The position numbers and the translations under genes are program-made. The notes under the pieces are model-generated. The model had not been told where the DNA came from. It saw nothing but the letters and a program-made list of their open reading frames with translations, and made no database searches. From an uncultured Gallionella sp. (GTDB lineage: Bacteria; Pseudomonadota; Gammaproteobacteria; Burkholderiales; Gallionellaceae), in NCBI GenBank assembly GCA_964349865.1, contig CAYGIF010000001.1, positions 1 through 63,541 on the forward strand: a stretch of 63,541 bases of DNA, read 5' to 3'. Positions 1 to 10,188 of the stretch are shown here, piece by piece; positions within the stretch are counted from its first letter, which is position 1, and each line of letters starts with the position of its first letter.

Positions 1-322
1 TGACCGGCGTGTTGAGGATCGCCTCCCAGGTGCGCTGCTCGTGCATGCGCGCGAAACCGGAATACAACGCCTCGAAGCTCGCGCTGTTCATCGCGCTGTA
101 GCACACCGTCCCGGCGGCGAGGAAGGCGATATAGGACATGCCGCCGACTTCCGGCAGCATGCCGCCCAACCCGTAACCCAGCCCCAGCATATAGATCACC
201 GGGTCGGCGAGATGGCCGAGTATCGACGAGCCGGCCATTTTTTTCCACACCATGAAGTTGCGCCGCCAGATCGGGATGAAGCGCAGACTCGGGCGCGGCA
301 GGGCGAAATGATTCTTGCTCAT
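1..322 (-). CDS. nodJ: ABC-2 type transporter permease, NodJ-like (3' end outside window)
   Basis: Hand translation from ATG at 322: MSKNHFALPRPSLRFIPIWRRNFMVWKK...LADPVIYMLGLGYGLG...EQRTWEAILNTP; lies directly downstream of a NodI-like ATPase. Confidence 0.8.
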   Translation of the reverse strand, partial: MSKNHFALPRPSLRFIPIWRRNFMVWKKMAGSSILGHLADPVIYMLGLGYGLGGMLPEVGGMSYIAFLAAGTVCYSAMNSASFEALYSGFARMHEQRTWEAILNTPV

Positions 323-428
323 GGTTGCTTTGGAAGGGAAGGGAGAAGGAAGAAGGGATCGCGGCTGCGCCGCTCAAGGGCGAAAGCGGGCATGGCAGTT
401 TCCCTTCTCTCGCATGCAATGCGACTAT

Positions 429-1352
429 TCATTCGCGCATCTCCCGTCCGGTGAGTTTCAGGAACACGTCTTCCAGATTCGCCGGGCGATGCAGGTAGCG
501 CAATTGCGGATGTTGCTGCAACTCCCGCAACAACGGCTGCGCATCCGCAACGTAGCAGAATACCGTCTCGCCGCTCACCTCGAAGCGTTGCGCGTGGCGC
601 GCCGCATGGCTTTGCGCCCATGCGGCCGCGTGCTCGCCGAACACTTCGACCACCTGCGGCTCGATGTTTTGTTCGATCAGTTCGCGCGGCGATCCTTCGC
701 TGATGATGCGCCCGTTGTCCATCACAGCGAGGCGGTGGCAGAGCCGCTCGGCCTCGTCCATGAAGTGCGTGGTGAGCAGCAGCGTCTTGCCGCGCGCGTT
801 CAGTTCGCGCAGCCGTTGCCAGATCAGGTGGCGCGCCTGCGGGTCGAGTCCGGTGGTCGGCTCGTCGAGGAAGATGACTTCCGGATCGTTCACCAATGCG
901 CGCGCCAGGGTCAGCCGCCGTTTCATGCCGCCGGACAGAGTCGGCACCTTGGCATCGCGCTTGCCGGTCAGGTTGGCGAACTCCAGCAACTCCGGCAGGC
1001 GCGCCTCGATGGCCTTGTCGCTCATGCCGAAGTAGCGCCCGTACACCAGCAGGTTTTCTGCCACGGTGAAATCGGGGTCGAGATTGTCCATCTGCGGCAC
1101 CACGCCCACGCGTTGCCGCGCCGCGCGCGATTCTTCCGGCACGGCATGACCCAGCAATTGCAGCTCGCCCGCATCCGGCGCGATCAGGCCGAGCAGCAGG
1201 CGCAGCGTGGTGGTCTTGCCCGCGCCGTTCGGCCCGAGCAGGCCGAAACATTCGCCGCGTCGGATCGACAGGTTCAGCCCGCCCACCACCGGCTGGTCGC
1301 CATAGCATTTGCGCAAATTGCGCGCGCTCAATACCGCGTTCATATCATTCAC
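429..1352 (-). CDS. nodI: ABC transporter ATP-binding protein, NodI-like
   Basis: Walker [18 protein letters not shown] signature, [14 protein letters not shown]. Confidence 0.85.
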   Translation of the reverse strand: MNDMNAVLSARNLRKCYGDQPVVGGLNLSIRRGECFGLLGPNGAGKTTTLRLLLGLIAPDAGELQLLGHAVPEESRAARQRVGVVPQMDNLDPDFTVAENLLVYGRYFGMSDKAIEARLPELLEFANLTGKRDAKVPTLSGGMKRRLTLARALVNDPEVIFLDEPTTGLDPQARHLIWQRLRELNARGKTLLLTTHFMDEAERLCHRLAVMDNGRIISEGSPRELIEQNIEPQVVEVFGEHAAAWAQSHAARHAQRFEVSGETVFCYVADAQPLLRELQQHPQLRYLHRPANLEDVFLKLTGREMRE

Positions 1353-1387
1353 CGCAGAGTCGATTCATATTGCCGCAAATGCCGGCG

Positions 1388-1771
1388 TTATTTTTTCTGG
1401 ATCAGCTCGATCTTGTATCCGTCCGGGTCTTCGACAAACGCAATCACCGTGCTGCCGTGCTTCATCGCTCCGGCTTCGCGCACCACTTTGCCGCCGCGCT
1501 GCCTGATGTTTTCGCAGGCGGTGCTGGCGTCCGCGACCTCGATCGCGATATGGCCGAAGGCGTTGCCGAGCTCGTATTTTTCCACGCCCCAGTTATGCGT
1601 GAGTTCGATCACCGCGCCTTGCGCTTCGTCGTCGAAACCGACGAAGGCCAGGGTAAATTTCCCGTCGGGGTAATCGGTGCGGCGCAGCAATTTCATGCCG
1701 AGCACGCCGGTATAGAAGGCGAGCGATTTTTCCAGATCGGCTACGCGCAGCATGGTGTGCAGGATACGCAT
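1388..1771 (-). CDS. gloA: Lactoylglutathione lyase (glyoxalase I)
   Basis: [10 protein letters not shown]...ELTHNW...[10 protein letters not shown]. Confidence 0.95.
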   Translation of the reverse strand: MRILHTMLRVADLEKSLAFYTGVLGMKLLRRTDYPDGKFTLAFVGFDDEAQGAVIELTHNWGVEKYELGNAFGHIAIEVADASTACENIRQRGGKVVREAGAMKHGSTVIAFVEDPDGYKIELIQKK

Positions 1772-1867
1772 CAGGATTCCACCCTTTCGAAATTGTCTTT
1801 GGCGAAATTATTTTGGGGGTTATAGGGTAAAATGCCTGCCCGGAAGCATTTTACCATTGCCCACATC

Positions 1868-2707
1868 ATGTCCGAATCTTTCCCGCTAGTAATGAGCTTT
1901 GCCGCCACCGATCCGAGCGGCGGAGCCGGTTTGCAAGCTGACCTGTTAACCATTTCCAGCATGGGCTGTCACCCGCTGTCGGTGGTCACGGCGATCACCG
2001 TGCAGGACACCAGCGGGGTGGACGATGTGCTGCCGATCGATCCGGAGTGGGTGGTGGACCAAGCGCGCGCGATGCTGGAGGACGTGCCGGTGGCGGCGTT
2101 CAAGATCGGCCTGCTCGGCAGCGTGGAAAACATCGCGGCGATCGCCGAAGTGCTGGCGGATTATCCGGATATTCCGCTGGTGCTCGATCCGGTGCTGGCA
2201 TCGGGGCGCGGCGACGAATTGGCGGACGAAGACATGCTGGATGCGATGCGCGAGTTGCTGATCCCGCAGAGCACCATCATCACGCCGAACAGCATGGAGG
2301 CGCGCCGCCTCGCGCTGGACGAAGACAATGAAGAGGATGATCCTTCCCTGGAAGAATGCGCTAGGCGTCTTTTGCAGATGGGCTGCGAGTATGTGCTGAT
2401 TACCGGCACGCACGAGCAAACGCCCAAGGTCATCAACACGCTGTATGGCGAGCGCGGGGTCATCAGCAGCGATAGCTGGGCTAGGCTGCCGGGAATCTAT
2501 CACGGCTCCGGCTGCACTTTGTCCGCCGCGATTGCCGCGCTGCTGGCGCAGGGCGTGGACGTGCCGGAGGCGGTCAAGGAGGCGCAGGAATACACTTGGC
2601 AAACCCTGAATGCGGGCTTCCGGCCCGGCATGGGGCAGCATATTCCGGATCGCTTGTTCTGGGCGCGCGGCGAAGAGGATGAAGAACAACCCGAACGTCC
2701 GAATTGA
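1868..2707 (+). CDS. thiD: Hydroxymethylpyrimidine/phosphomethylpyrimidine kinase
   Basis: DPSGGAGLQAD, ITPN, HGSGCTLSAAIAA; start chosen at MSESFP (upstream ATG at 1832 possible). Confidence 0.9.
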   Translation: MSESFPLVMSFAATDPSGGAGLQADLLTISSMGCHPLSVVTAITVQDTSGVDDVLPIDPEWVVDQARAMLEDVPVAAFKIGLLGSVENIAAIAEVLADYPDIPLVLDPVLASGRGDELADEDMLDAMRELLIPQSTIITPNSMEARRLALDEDNEEDDPSLEECARRLLQMGCEYVLITGTHEQTPKVINTLYGERGVISSDSWARLPGIYHGSGCTLSAAIAALLAQGVDVPEAVKEAQEYTWQTLNAGFRPGMGQHIPDRLFWARGEEDEEQPERPN

Positions 2708-2708
2708 A

Positions 2709-3320
2709 ATGATTGGCGGTTTATACGCGATCACGCCGGACGAAACCGACACGGCGGAGTTGCTGCGCAAGGTGCGTCTGGCATTGCTGGGCGGCGCGCG
2801 GGTAGTGCAGTACCGCAACAAGACCGCCGATGCGGCATTGCGCCTGAAACAGGCCGAGGCATTGCGCGGGCTGACGCGCGAATTTGCCGTGGCGCTGATC
2901 GTCAACGACGACGTCGCGCTTGCGCAACAAGTAGCGGCGGACGGCGTGCATCTGGGCGGCGCGGACGGCAGCGTGGCGGATGCGCGCGCGCTGCTGGATG
3001 GCGGTAAAATCATCGGCGTGTCTTGCTATAATCGCCTGGCGCTGGCGCATGAGGCGGTGAGGCTGGGCGCGGATTACGTGGCGTTCGGCAGTTTTTATTC
3101 TTCCACGGTGAAGCCCGATGCCGTGGCCGCCACGCCGGATTTATTGCGGCAGGCGCGCCGTGAGTTGGCGGTGCCTCTGGTCGCGATCGGCGGCATCGCG
3201 CCGCAAAACGGCGCGCAGTTGCTTGAAGCCGGCGCAAACGCGCTGGCGGTGATTTCGGCGGTATTTTTCGCGCCGGATATTGAAGGTGCAGCAAGAGAAT
3301 TTTCCAATCTATTTGAGTAA
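2709..3320 (+). CDS. thiE: Thiamine phosphate synthase
   Basis: GLYAIT, VQYRNK, LIVNDD, DGVHLG, ADYVAFG, VAIGGI. Confidence 0.93.
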   Translation: MIGGLYAITPDETDTAELLRKVRLALLGGARVVQYRNKTADAALRLKQAEALRGLTREFAVALIVNDDVALAQQVAADGVHLGGADGSVADARALLDGGKIIGVSCYNRLALAHEAVRLGADYVAFGSFYSSTVKPDAVAATPDLLRQARRELAVPLVAIGGIAPQNGAQLLEAGANALAVISAVFFAPDIEGAAREFSNLFE

Positions 3321-3331
3321 GGTAAATTGAC

Positions 3332-4612
3332 ATGACTACACATAACCAGCAGCTATTCGACGAATCCCAGAAAGTCATTCCGGGCGGGGTGAATTCACCG
3401 GTGCGCGCGTTCCGCTCGGTCGGCGGCACGCCGCTGTTTTTCCAGCGCGGCCAAGGGGCTTACGTGTGGGACGCGGACGGCAAGAAATACACCGATTACG
3501 TCGGCTCGTGGGGGCCGATGATCGCCGGGCATTGCCATCCCGACGTGGTCAAGGCGGTGCAGGATGCGGCGGCGCAGGGGCTGGGTTTCGGCGCGCCCAC
3601 CGCAGCCGAACTGGAACTGGCCAACCTGCTGTGCAAGCTGTTGCCCAGTCTGGAAATGGTGCGCTTGGTCAGTTCCGGCACCGAAGCCACGATGTCGGCG
3701 ATCCGCCTGGCGCGCGGCTTTACCGGACGTTCGCGTATCGTCAAATTCGAGGGTTGCTACCACGGCCATTCCGACGGATTGCTGGTCAAGGCCGGTTCCG
3801 GCGCGCTGACTTTCGGTCAGCCGAGTTCTTCCGGTGTGCCGGCCGAGATCGCCGCGCTGACCACGGTGCTGGACTACAACGATGCCGCCGGGCTGGAGCG
3901 CGCCTTCGCCGCGATGGGTAACGAAATCGCTGCGGTGATCGTCGAACCGGTGGCGGGCAACATGAATCTGGTCACGCCCAAGCGCGAATTCCTGGATGCG
4001 ATGCGCAAACTGTGCACGCAGCATGGCGCGGTGCTGATCCTCGATGAAGTGATGACCGGTTTCCGCGTCGGTCTGCAGGGCGCGCAAGGCCATTACGGCA
4101 TCAAGCCGGACTTGGTGACGCTGGGCAAAGTGATGGGCGGCGGCCTGCCGGCGGCGGCCTTCGGCGGGCGGCGCGACATCATGCAATGCCTGGCGCCGCT
4201 CGGCGCGGTGTATCAGGCGGGTACGCTGTCCGGCAATCCGGTGGCGGTGGCAGCCGGGCTGGCTACGCTGAAACTGGTGCAAGCCCCCGGTTTTTACGAG
4301 CGGCTCTCGCAACTGGCGAAACAGCTCACCGAAGGCCTGACCGCTGCGGCGCAGAAACGCGGTATTCCGTTCTGCGCGCAGGCGGTGGGCGGCATGTTCG
4401 GCCTGTATTTCAGCAACGCGCTGCCGATCAGCTATGCCGAAGTGATGAGCTGCGACAAGGAAGCGTTCAACCGCTTCTTCCACGCCATGCTGGATGCAGG
4501 CGTGTATCTCGCGCCGTCGGCGTTCGAGGCGGGTTTCGTCTCTGCCGCGCACAGCGATGCGGATATCGCCGCAACCATCGCCGCCGCCGACAAGATTTTC
4601 GCCACTTGGTAA
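3332..4612 (+). CDS. hemL: Glutamate-1-semialdehyde 2,1-aminomutase
   Basis: [44 protein letters not shown]. Confidence 0.97.
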   Translation: MTTHNQQLFDESQKVIPGGVNSPVRAFRSVGGTPLFFQRGQGAYVWDADGKKYTDYVGSWGPMIAGHCHPDVVKAVQDAAAQGLGFGAPTAAELELANLLCKLLPSLEMVRLVSSGTEATMSAIRLARGFTGRSRIVKFEGCYHGHSDGLLVKAGSGALTFGQPSSSGVPAEIAALTTVLDYNDAAGLERAFAAMGNEIAAVIVEPVAGNMNLVTPKREFLDAMRKLCTQHGAVLILDEVMTGFRVGLQGAQGHYGIKPDLVTLGKVMGGGLPAAAFGGRRDIMQCLAPLGAVYQAGTLSGNPVAVAAGLATLKLVQAPGFYERLSQLAKQLTEGLTAAAQKRGIPFCAQAVGGMFGLYFSNALPISYAEVMSCDKEAFNRFFHAMLDAGVYLAPSAFEAGFVSAAHSDADIAATIAAADKIFATW

Positions 4613-4614
4613 TG

Positions 4615-4759
4615 ATGGAAGCTTCTAAGGCCGTAGCGAGCGGCTCAAGTGCAAGGCGCACGGCGCGCAGCGAACGAGACATACCTGATTGGGTAGGCAA
4701 GGAGCGAGCACCGCGCAACGCAGCAATTGAGCCGCGCAGTAGGCTTTAGGGGCTTCCAT
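4615..4759. repeat. ~145-bp palindromic miniature element (MITE/RPE-like) between hemL and yihA
   Basis: Terminal inverted repeats ATGGAAGCTTCTAAGGCC / GGCTTTAGGGGCTTCCAT; internal GCGGCTCAA / TTGAGCCGC. Confidence 0.7.
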
Positions 4760-5408
4760 GGGATTGTTTTCGCAGGCGGCTTTTTACACCACCGTCAATC
4801 ACATCAAGGATTTGCCGCAGCACGGCGGCAGGGAAGTGGCGTTCGTCGGGCGCTCCAACGCGGGCAAATCGAGCGCGATCAACACGCTGGCGAACCATGT
4901 GCGGTTGGCCTACACCAGCAAGACGCCGGGGCGCACCCAGCATCTCAATTACTTTGCGCTGGGTGGGAACAATTTCCTGGTGGACTTGCCCGGCTACGGC
5001 TATGCCAAGGTGCCGCCGGATATACAGCGGCATTGGGAACATCTGCTGAGCGAATATCTGAAAACCCGCGAGGAACTGGCTGGGCTGGTGATCATCATGG
5101 ATTCCCGCCATCCGCTGACCGAACTGGACGAGGCCATGCTGGACTGGTTTGCGCCGACCGGCAAGCCGGTGCATATCCTGCTGACCAAATCGGACAAACT
5201 CAGCAGGCAGCAGGCCACACTGACCCTAAATCGCGTAAAATCTCATCTGGCCGAACATTTTGGTTCCGACATCACACCCGCAAGCGGGCATGAGTCTTCT
5301 CCGAAACGTTGTTTTCCGCAGTGCTCCGTGCAGTTGTTTTCCAGCCTGAAGAAAATCGGCGTGGAAGAGGCGGAAGGGGTGATTGCAGGCTGGTTGAAAA
5401 GCGAATAG
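4758..5408 (+). CDS. yihA: Ribosome biogenesis GTPase YihA/EngB
   Basis: [29 protein letters not shown]; carries an ~18-aa palindrome-encoded insert. Confidence 0.95.
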   Translation: MGLFSQAAFYTTVNHIKDLPQHGGREVAFVGRSNAGKSSAINTLANHVRLAYTSKTPGRTQHLNYFALGGNNFLVDLPGYGYAKVPPDIQRHWEHLLSEYLKTREELAGLVIIMDSRHPLTELDEAMLDWFAPTGKPVHILLTKSDKLSRQQATLTLNRVKSHLAEHFGSDITPASGHESSPKRCFPQCSVQLFSSLKKIGVEEAEGVIAGWLKSE

Positions 5409-5410
5409 CC

Positions 5411-5505
5411 AAAAAATGCCCCCGGAAAACCGGGGGCAAAGAGCCTTAACAAGGTTAAGACGACCCGCTCAGGGAGGAGAAACGGGGAGTGACTTGCGCC
5501 ACTCA
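5411..5505 (-). ncRNA. Candidate sRNA with anti-SD-like CUCCUCC motif and intrinsic terminator (also a hairpin behind yihA)
   Basis: Minus strand reads TTCTCCTCCCTGAGCGGG...CTTAACCTTGTTAAG...TGCCCCCGG-TTTT-CCGGGGGCA-TTTTTT. Confidence 0.45.
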
Positions 5506-5518
5506 AAGCATCAGATAA

Positions 5519-6568
<1,050 letters not shown>

Positions 6569-6572
6569 GATT

Positions 6573-6836
6573 GTGCCGACCATCAGCCAGTTCTTCGGGA
6601 TACTCATTCACATGTATATCCGTGGCGAACACAATCCACCGCATTTCCACGCCCTCTACGCCGAGCATGAGGCGCAAATCGACATCCAGACCTTACAGGT
6701 TATCGAGGGGAAGCTGCCGCGCCGGGCGCTGGGCATGGTGCTGGAATGGGCCAACGAGCACCGGGACGAATTAATGGAGGACTGGAACCTATGTCGAGCC
6801 AAACAATTACCGAAACCCATCAAGCCGCTGGAATAA
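6573..6836 (+). CDS. DUF4160-family putative toxin
   Basis: MPTISQFFGILIHMY..EHNPPHFHA..GKLPRRAL..VLEWA pattern. Confidence 0.8.
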   Translation: MPTISQFFGILIHMYIRGEHNPPHFHALYAEHEAQIDIQTLQVIEGKLPRRALGMVLEWANEHRDELMEDWNLCRAKQLPKPIKPLE

Positions 6837-7111
6837 TTCCCGCCGCGCCGTGGCGTTTGCGCGCACTCAGCGTGCTCCCGGAATGGCAATTGGCGGTCAC
6901 GTTCAACGACGGATCGAGCGGCATCGTCGATATTTCCGCACTGGTTAATGGGGCAGATGCGGGGGTCTTCGAGGCGCTGCGCGATCCCGCTTTCTTTGCG
7001 AAAGCCTATCTCGATTGCGGAGCGGTCGCATGGCCCAATGGCGCCGACCTTGCTCCCGACGCGATGTACAAGGAAATCCGGCGCTGCGGAGTGTGGCGTG
7101 TTCTGGATTGA
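6791..7111 (+). CDS. DUF2442-family putative antitoxin
   Basis: LAVTFNDG...FEALRDPAFF...VAWPNGADLAPDAMY; overlaps the DUF4160 gene. Confidence 0.8.
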   Translation: MSSQTITETHQAAGIIPAAPWRLRALSVLPEWQLAVTFNDGSSGIVDISALVNGADAGVFEALRDPAFFAKAYLDCGAVAWPNGADLAPDAMYKEIRRCGVWRVLD

Positions 7112-7164
7112 TGCGTGAATCATCCGAGGAGTGAGCTTGTGAACCCCAGTATTTCAACCCCCCC

Positions 7165-7208
7165 ACTTTGTGTTGGATGCGGCGCGGTGACTGAAGGAAG
7201 GGAAATAA
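7165..7208 (+). pseudogene. Degenerate duplicate of the hemB 3' end
   Basis: 28/34 nt identical to 6531..6564 (hand alignment); reads FVLDAAR*LKEGK* versus hem[12 protein letters not shown]. Confidence 0.75.
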
Positions 7209-7274
7209 CAGATAACTTGACGGCATGCTTGTTGGTATTTTTGGTGTCTACTTCTATAGGCTATTAAACACATC

Positions 7275-7769
7275 ATGTCCGAGAAAGAGAAAAGTAGTAG
7301 GGGAAATGCAAGCCAATTCTTTGTCGCAGGCGAGCTTTGTCGTAGAGGGTACTCGGCTGTTGTGACACTTGGGAACACACCGAACACAGACATCTTGTGC
7401 AGCAATATTGAAGGAACGCGATTTGTTCATATCCAAGTGAAAACATTCGTGCCCGGCAGTAGAACATGCAGCGTTGGTATGAAGGCCGAGAAAGACTTTG
7501 GAGAAAATTTTTTCTGGGTTCTCGGTGGAATTCCGAAACCAAACACAAAAGCAAATTTTGAGTACTACATTATTCCATCTTCGGCTATGGCAATAAATGT
7601 AGCTCATGCTCATCAGCTCTGGCTTAAGGCGCCAGGTGCAAAGGGTCAAGAGCATAAGGCGAATACTGTGAGAACCGTGCACTTACCCCCGCACAAGTCG
7701 TTCAGCGGATGGGACATCGGCGGGTATCTCGAACGCTGGGATTTAATTGAAGCTAAACTACGAGCCTGA
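7275..7769 (+). CDS. Putative PD-(D/E)XK nuclease-fold protein
   Basis: Helix FVAGELCRRGY, then TDILC...HIQVKT (D...QxK) motif; visibly AT-richer than flanks. Confidence 0.6.
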   Translation: MSEKEKSSRGNASQFFVAGELCRRGYSAVVTLGNTPNTDILCSNIEGTRFVHIQVKTFVPGSRTCSVGMKAEKDFGENFFWVLGGIPKPNTKANFEYYIIPSSAMAINVAHAHQLWLKAPGAKGQEHKANTVRTVHLPPHKSFSGWDIGGYLERWDLIEAKLRA

Positions 7770-7792
7770 CCCGGAAGCCAGAGGGGGAAACC

Positions 7793-7863
7793 GCCGGGGG
7801 TAGCCCGGCAGCTAGTCACTTTTCTTGTCTTGCCAAGAAAAGTAACCAAAAGAAGGCGCCCCC
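7793..7863. repeat. Left part of a host palindromic repeat element split by the prophage
   Basis: Hairpin GTCACTTTTCTTG...CAAGAAAAGTAAC ending in the GCCCCC target; palindromic sequence resumes after 47920. Confidence 0.55.
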
Positions 7864-7872
7864 TGATGCGCC

Positions 7873-7905
7873 GCGCGATAAATTAAGCGTAATTGCGAGA
7901 TAAAT
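7873..7905 (+). promoter_or_regulatory. Left-end putative transposase-binding sites
   Basis: GCGCGATAAAT (7873) and GCGAGATAAAT (7895), 22-bp period. Confidence 0.75.
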
Positions 7906-7987
7906 GCGCTGGCTTTTGAATTTTACCTTACGCAACAAAATTGCACGTAGTAAAAGCAGGGCGGGATTTACTACCCGACAATAAACG

Positions 7988-8785
7988 TCACCAGTTCCTG
8001 ATCACCAGTTCCGCCGTCCTGCTCCCCTTCTTACCTCCGCCGACCGTGTAGGTAATATCAACGCTTTCCATGTGCAGTCCGGCGAAGGCTTTGCGCATTT
8101 CGGGGATGTCGTTGACGCTGATGATCATCTTGCCTTTGATCGTTCTAGCCAGTTCTGCCATGCGGGTGTATTGCTCGATGCCGAAATCCACGCCGTAGCC
8201 TTCCGTACCGAAATATGGCGGGTCACAGTAGAACAGGGTGTGCTCGCGGTCATATTTTGCGATACATGCTTCCCAGCTGAGGTGCTCGATATAGGTCTGG
8301 GATAGGCGCAGATGCGCCTGGCTCAGGTCTTCTTCCAGCCGCAGCAGGTTGAGCCATGAGCCGCTGGTGGTGGCTGTACCGAATGTTTGGCCGCTGACCT
8401 TGCCACCGAAGGCATTCTTTTGCAGGTAGAAGAACCGCGCTGCGCGCTGGATATCGGTGAGAGTTTCTTCCGGGGTGGCCTGTAGCCACTTGTATATCTG
8501 GCGGCTGGTGAGCGCCCATTTGAATTGGCGGGTGAATTCTTCCATGTGGTGCTTGACCACGCGGTACAGGTTCACCAGTTCGCCGTTGATATCGTTGATC
8601 ACCTCGACCTTGGCCTGTTCTTTCAGGAAGTACAGCGCTGCCGCGCCGCAGAACGGCTCGACGTAGCAGGTGTGCGCCGGGAACAGCGGCAGGATGTGCT
8701 TGGCCAGGCGGCGTTTGCCGCCGATCCACGGGATGATGGGTGCGTGAGCCTGATTGTTAAAGAGCGGAGTTGCTTGGGTTTTCAT
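7988..8785 (-). CDS. Phage DNA adenine methyltransferase (Dam/D12 class) in the mom position
   Basis: PWIGGKRRL, YVEPFCGAAA, EVINDIN, FYCDPPY. Confidence 0.92.
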   Translation of the reverse strand: MKTQATPLFNNQAHAPIIPWIGGKRRLAKHILPLFPAHTCYVEPFCGAAALYFLKEQAKVEVINDINGELVNLYRVVKHHMEEFTRQFKWALTSRQIYKWLQATPEETLTDIQRAARFFYLQKNAFGGKVSGQTFGTATTSGSWLNLLRLEEDLSQAHLRLSQTYIEHLSWEACIAKYDREHTLFYCDPPYFGTEGYGVDFGIEQYTRMAELARTIKGKMIISVNDIPEMRKAFAGLHMESVDITYTVGGGKKGSRTAELVIRNW

Positions 8786-8945
8786 GGGGCGGTTCCTTTC
8801 GGATCGACGCTCCAGGGCGTTCTGGTTGGGGGCTCGCGGCCCTCAGATGATTCATTGTCCCGCAACGCGGGCATTTGATCGACAGGCGGACATATTCCGC
8901 TTCTGCCAGTTTTCTACTGCGCTTACCGCATCGAACCGTTTCCAT
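8757..8945 (-). CDS. com: Com-family zinc-finger translational regulator (first CxxC degenerate)
   Basis: METVRCGKRSRKLAE...LSIKCPRCGTMN; overlaps the methylase start as in Mu com-mom. Confidence 0.8.
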   Translation of the reverse strand: METVRCGKRSRKLAEAEYVRLSIKCPRCGTMNHLRAASPQPERPGASIRKEPPHENPSNSAL

Positions 8946-8975
8946 CTTGTAACTCTCGCGTGGTAGCCTCGCTCC

Positions 8976-9077
8976 GCTGTGTGCACAGCACGGTGCCCAG
9001 GCTAAACGCAGGAGAGTTCTGCGGGAGGTGGCCGTTAATCGTGGTGGAACACTTTTAACGGTCGCACCGTTTTTTTT
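8976..9077 (+). ncRNA. Structured small RNA antisense to the com leader (resembles sRNA-Xcc1 family, from memory)
   Basis: Three-way junction ACGGTGC/GCACCGT, CGCAGGA/TTCTGCG, GGCCGTTAA/TTAACGGTC, then a T-tract; TGnTAGCCT just upstream. Confidence 0.55.
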
Positions 9078-9079
9078 CG

Positions 9080-9511
9080 TTACTTAATCAGTACCCGCTC
9101 CAGGTCTGCCGGTGATGGAACCTCTGCAAACTTCACGCTCCAGCCGCAGGCGTTGAGGTCGCTGTACACCAGCTCCGAGCAGATCACGCCGCCGAGGTTG
9201 CGCGTGCTGCGCCCAAAGAAGTGGTAGACAGGGCGCAGCGCGAACAGGATGTAATCCTTCCATCCGTAGGTGCTTTCGTCGGTGTCGAGCTTGTGATCGA
9301 GGTATTCCGCTGCCACGTCCACCGGGCATTCGACCAGGCGCACATGCTCGGGCGGATACAGACCCGCCCACAAGCGCCGCCGACGGATCAGGTTCATGTC
9401 CCAGAAGTGTTTCCCGTCCGTGAAGCCGACGTGGTAGCAGGCCGATCCGGTGAACAGCTTGGTCAGCGTGGCGGATGGCTGTTTGCCGAAGATCAGCGCG
9501 ACTTTCACCAC
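9080..9511 (-). CDS. Permuted papain-like (YiiX/NlpC-P60 permuted) amidase-like protein
   Basis: N-terminal YHVG His and C-terminal VICSELV Cys; likely GTG start at 9508. Confidence 0.6.
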   Translation of the reverse strand: MVKVALIFGKQPSATLTKLFTGSACYHVGFTDGKHFWDMNLIRRRRLWAGLYPPEHVRLVECPVDVAAEYLDHKLDTDESTYGWKDYILFALRPVYHFFGRSTRNLGGVICSELVYSDLNACGWSVKFAEVPSPADLERVLIK

Positions 9512-10179
9512 GCCACCGCCTCGACCGCTGCCACGTCCGCTGCGGCTTGCACTTGCGCCTTGAGCGTGGCGGCTTTTTCCAGCGCGGCGAGTTTCACCAG
9601 CGCGCCATCTGCGGCCACCTGCTTGAGTTGCGCAGCAGTGTGCAGGCGGAATGCCTTGATGCCTGCCGCGTCGGCGCAGCGGTATGGCAAGTCGGCACCC
9701 AGGCTCACCGCGCCGATCAGGTTGAGCTGATCTTCTAGGGCGCTGTCGTAGGTGTGTGATGCGCCGCCTGCGCCGCTGGTGAAGCCGCCGACGATCGAGG
9801 CGGCGCAGGCGGCGTTGATCGCGGCGGTCTTGGTGACCTTAACCTCGTCCAGCGTCGGAACGTAGTCGACGGCGACAGGGTGACCATTCGCATCGGCCTG
9901 GATACGCTTGCCTGATGCTTGCGCGGCGAGCAGCGCCACGTGCTCCACCTCGCTGATCTCGACCGCGTCGGAGGGTATCTTGCAGTCCGGATTCGGCACA
10001 GTGATGGTCGGATGGACGGCAGTCTCATCCGGCACATCGATCATGACCGTACCGCCGCTGTCATCATCCTGCGGTACCTGAATGGTTGGGCGCACCCATG
10101 CCGGGTCGGGAATGTCCAGCGCCTTCGGTCCGTGGATTGCGCTAGTGTAGAATCCGCCGGTTGATTTTGCGTAGTGCAT
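9505..10179 (-). CDS. Tail fibre assembly-like protein (DUF4376-like C-terminus)
   Basis: YAKSTGGFY...IPSDAVEISE...GKRIQADANGHP; YDSALEDQLNL; follows the tail fibre. Confidence 0.75.
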   Translation of the reverse strand: MHYAKSTGGFYTSAIHGPKALDIPDPAWVRPTIQVPQDDDSGGTVMIDVPDETAVHPTITVPNPDCKIPSDAVEISEVEHVALLAAQASGKRIQADANGHPVAVDYVPTLDEVKVTKTAAINAACAASIVGGFTSGAGGASHTYDSALEDQLNLIGAVSLGADLPYRCADAAGIKAFRLHTAAQLKQVAADGALVKLAALEKAATLKAQVQAAADVAAVEAVAW

Positions 10180-10188
10180 GATTTCTCC

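Noticed and set aside
330..415. Purine-rich GAAGGGA short repeats between nodI and nodJ
   Set aside because: Too short and degenerate to assign; probably a decayed repeat.
315..1673. Long + strand ORF (452 aa) and similar long shadow ORFs (5243..6607, 16707..18137, 18779..20338, 49583..51280)
   Set aside because: Antisense to well-supported genes in GC-rich DNA, with no recognisable motifs.
7275..8785. Restriction-modification pair formed by the nuclease and the Dam methylase
   Set aside because: The prophage end at 7864 separates them, and the methylase is coupled to com.
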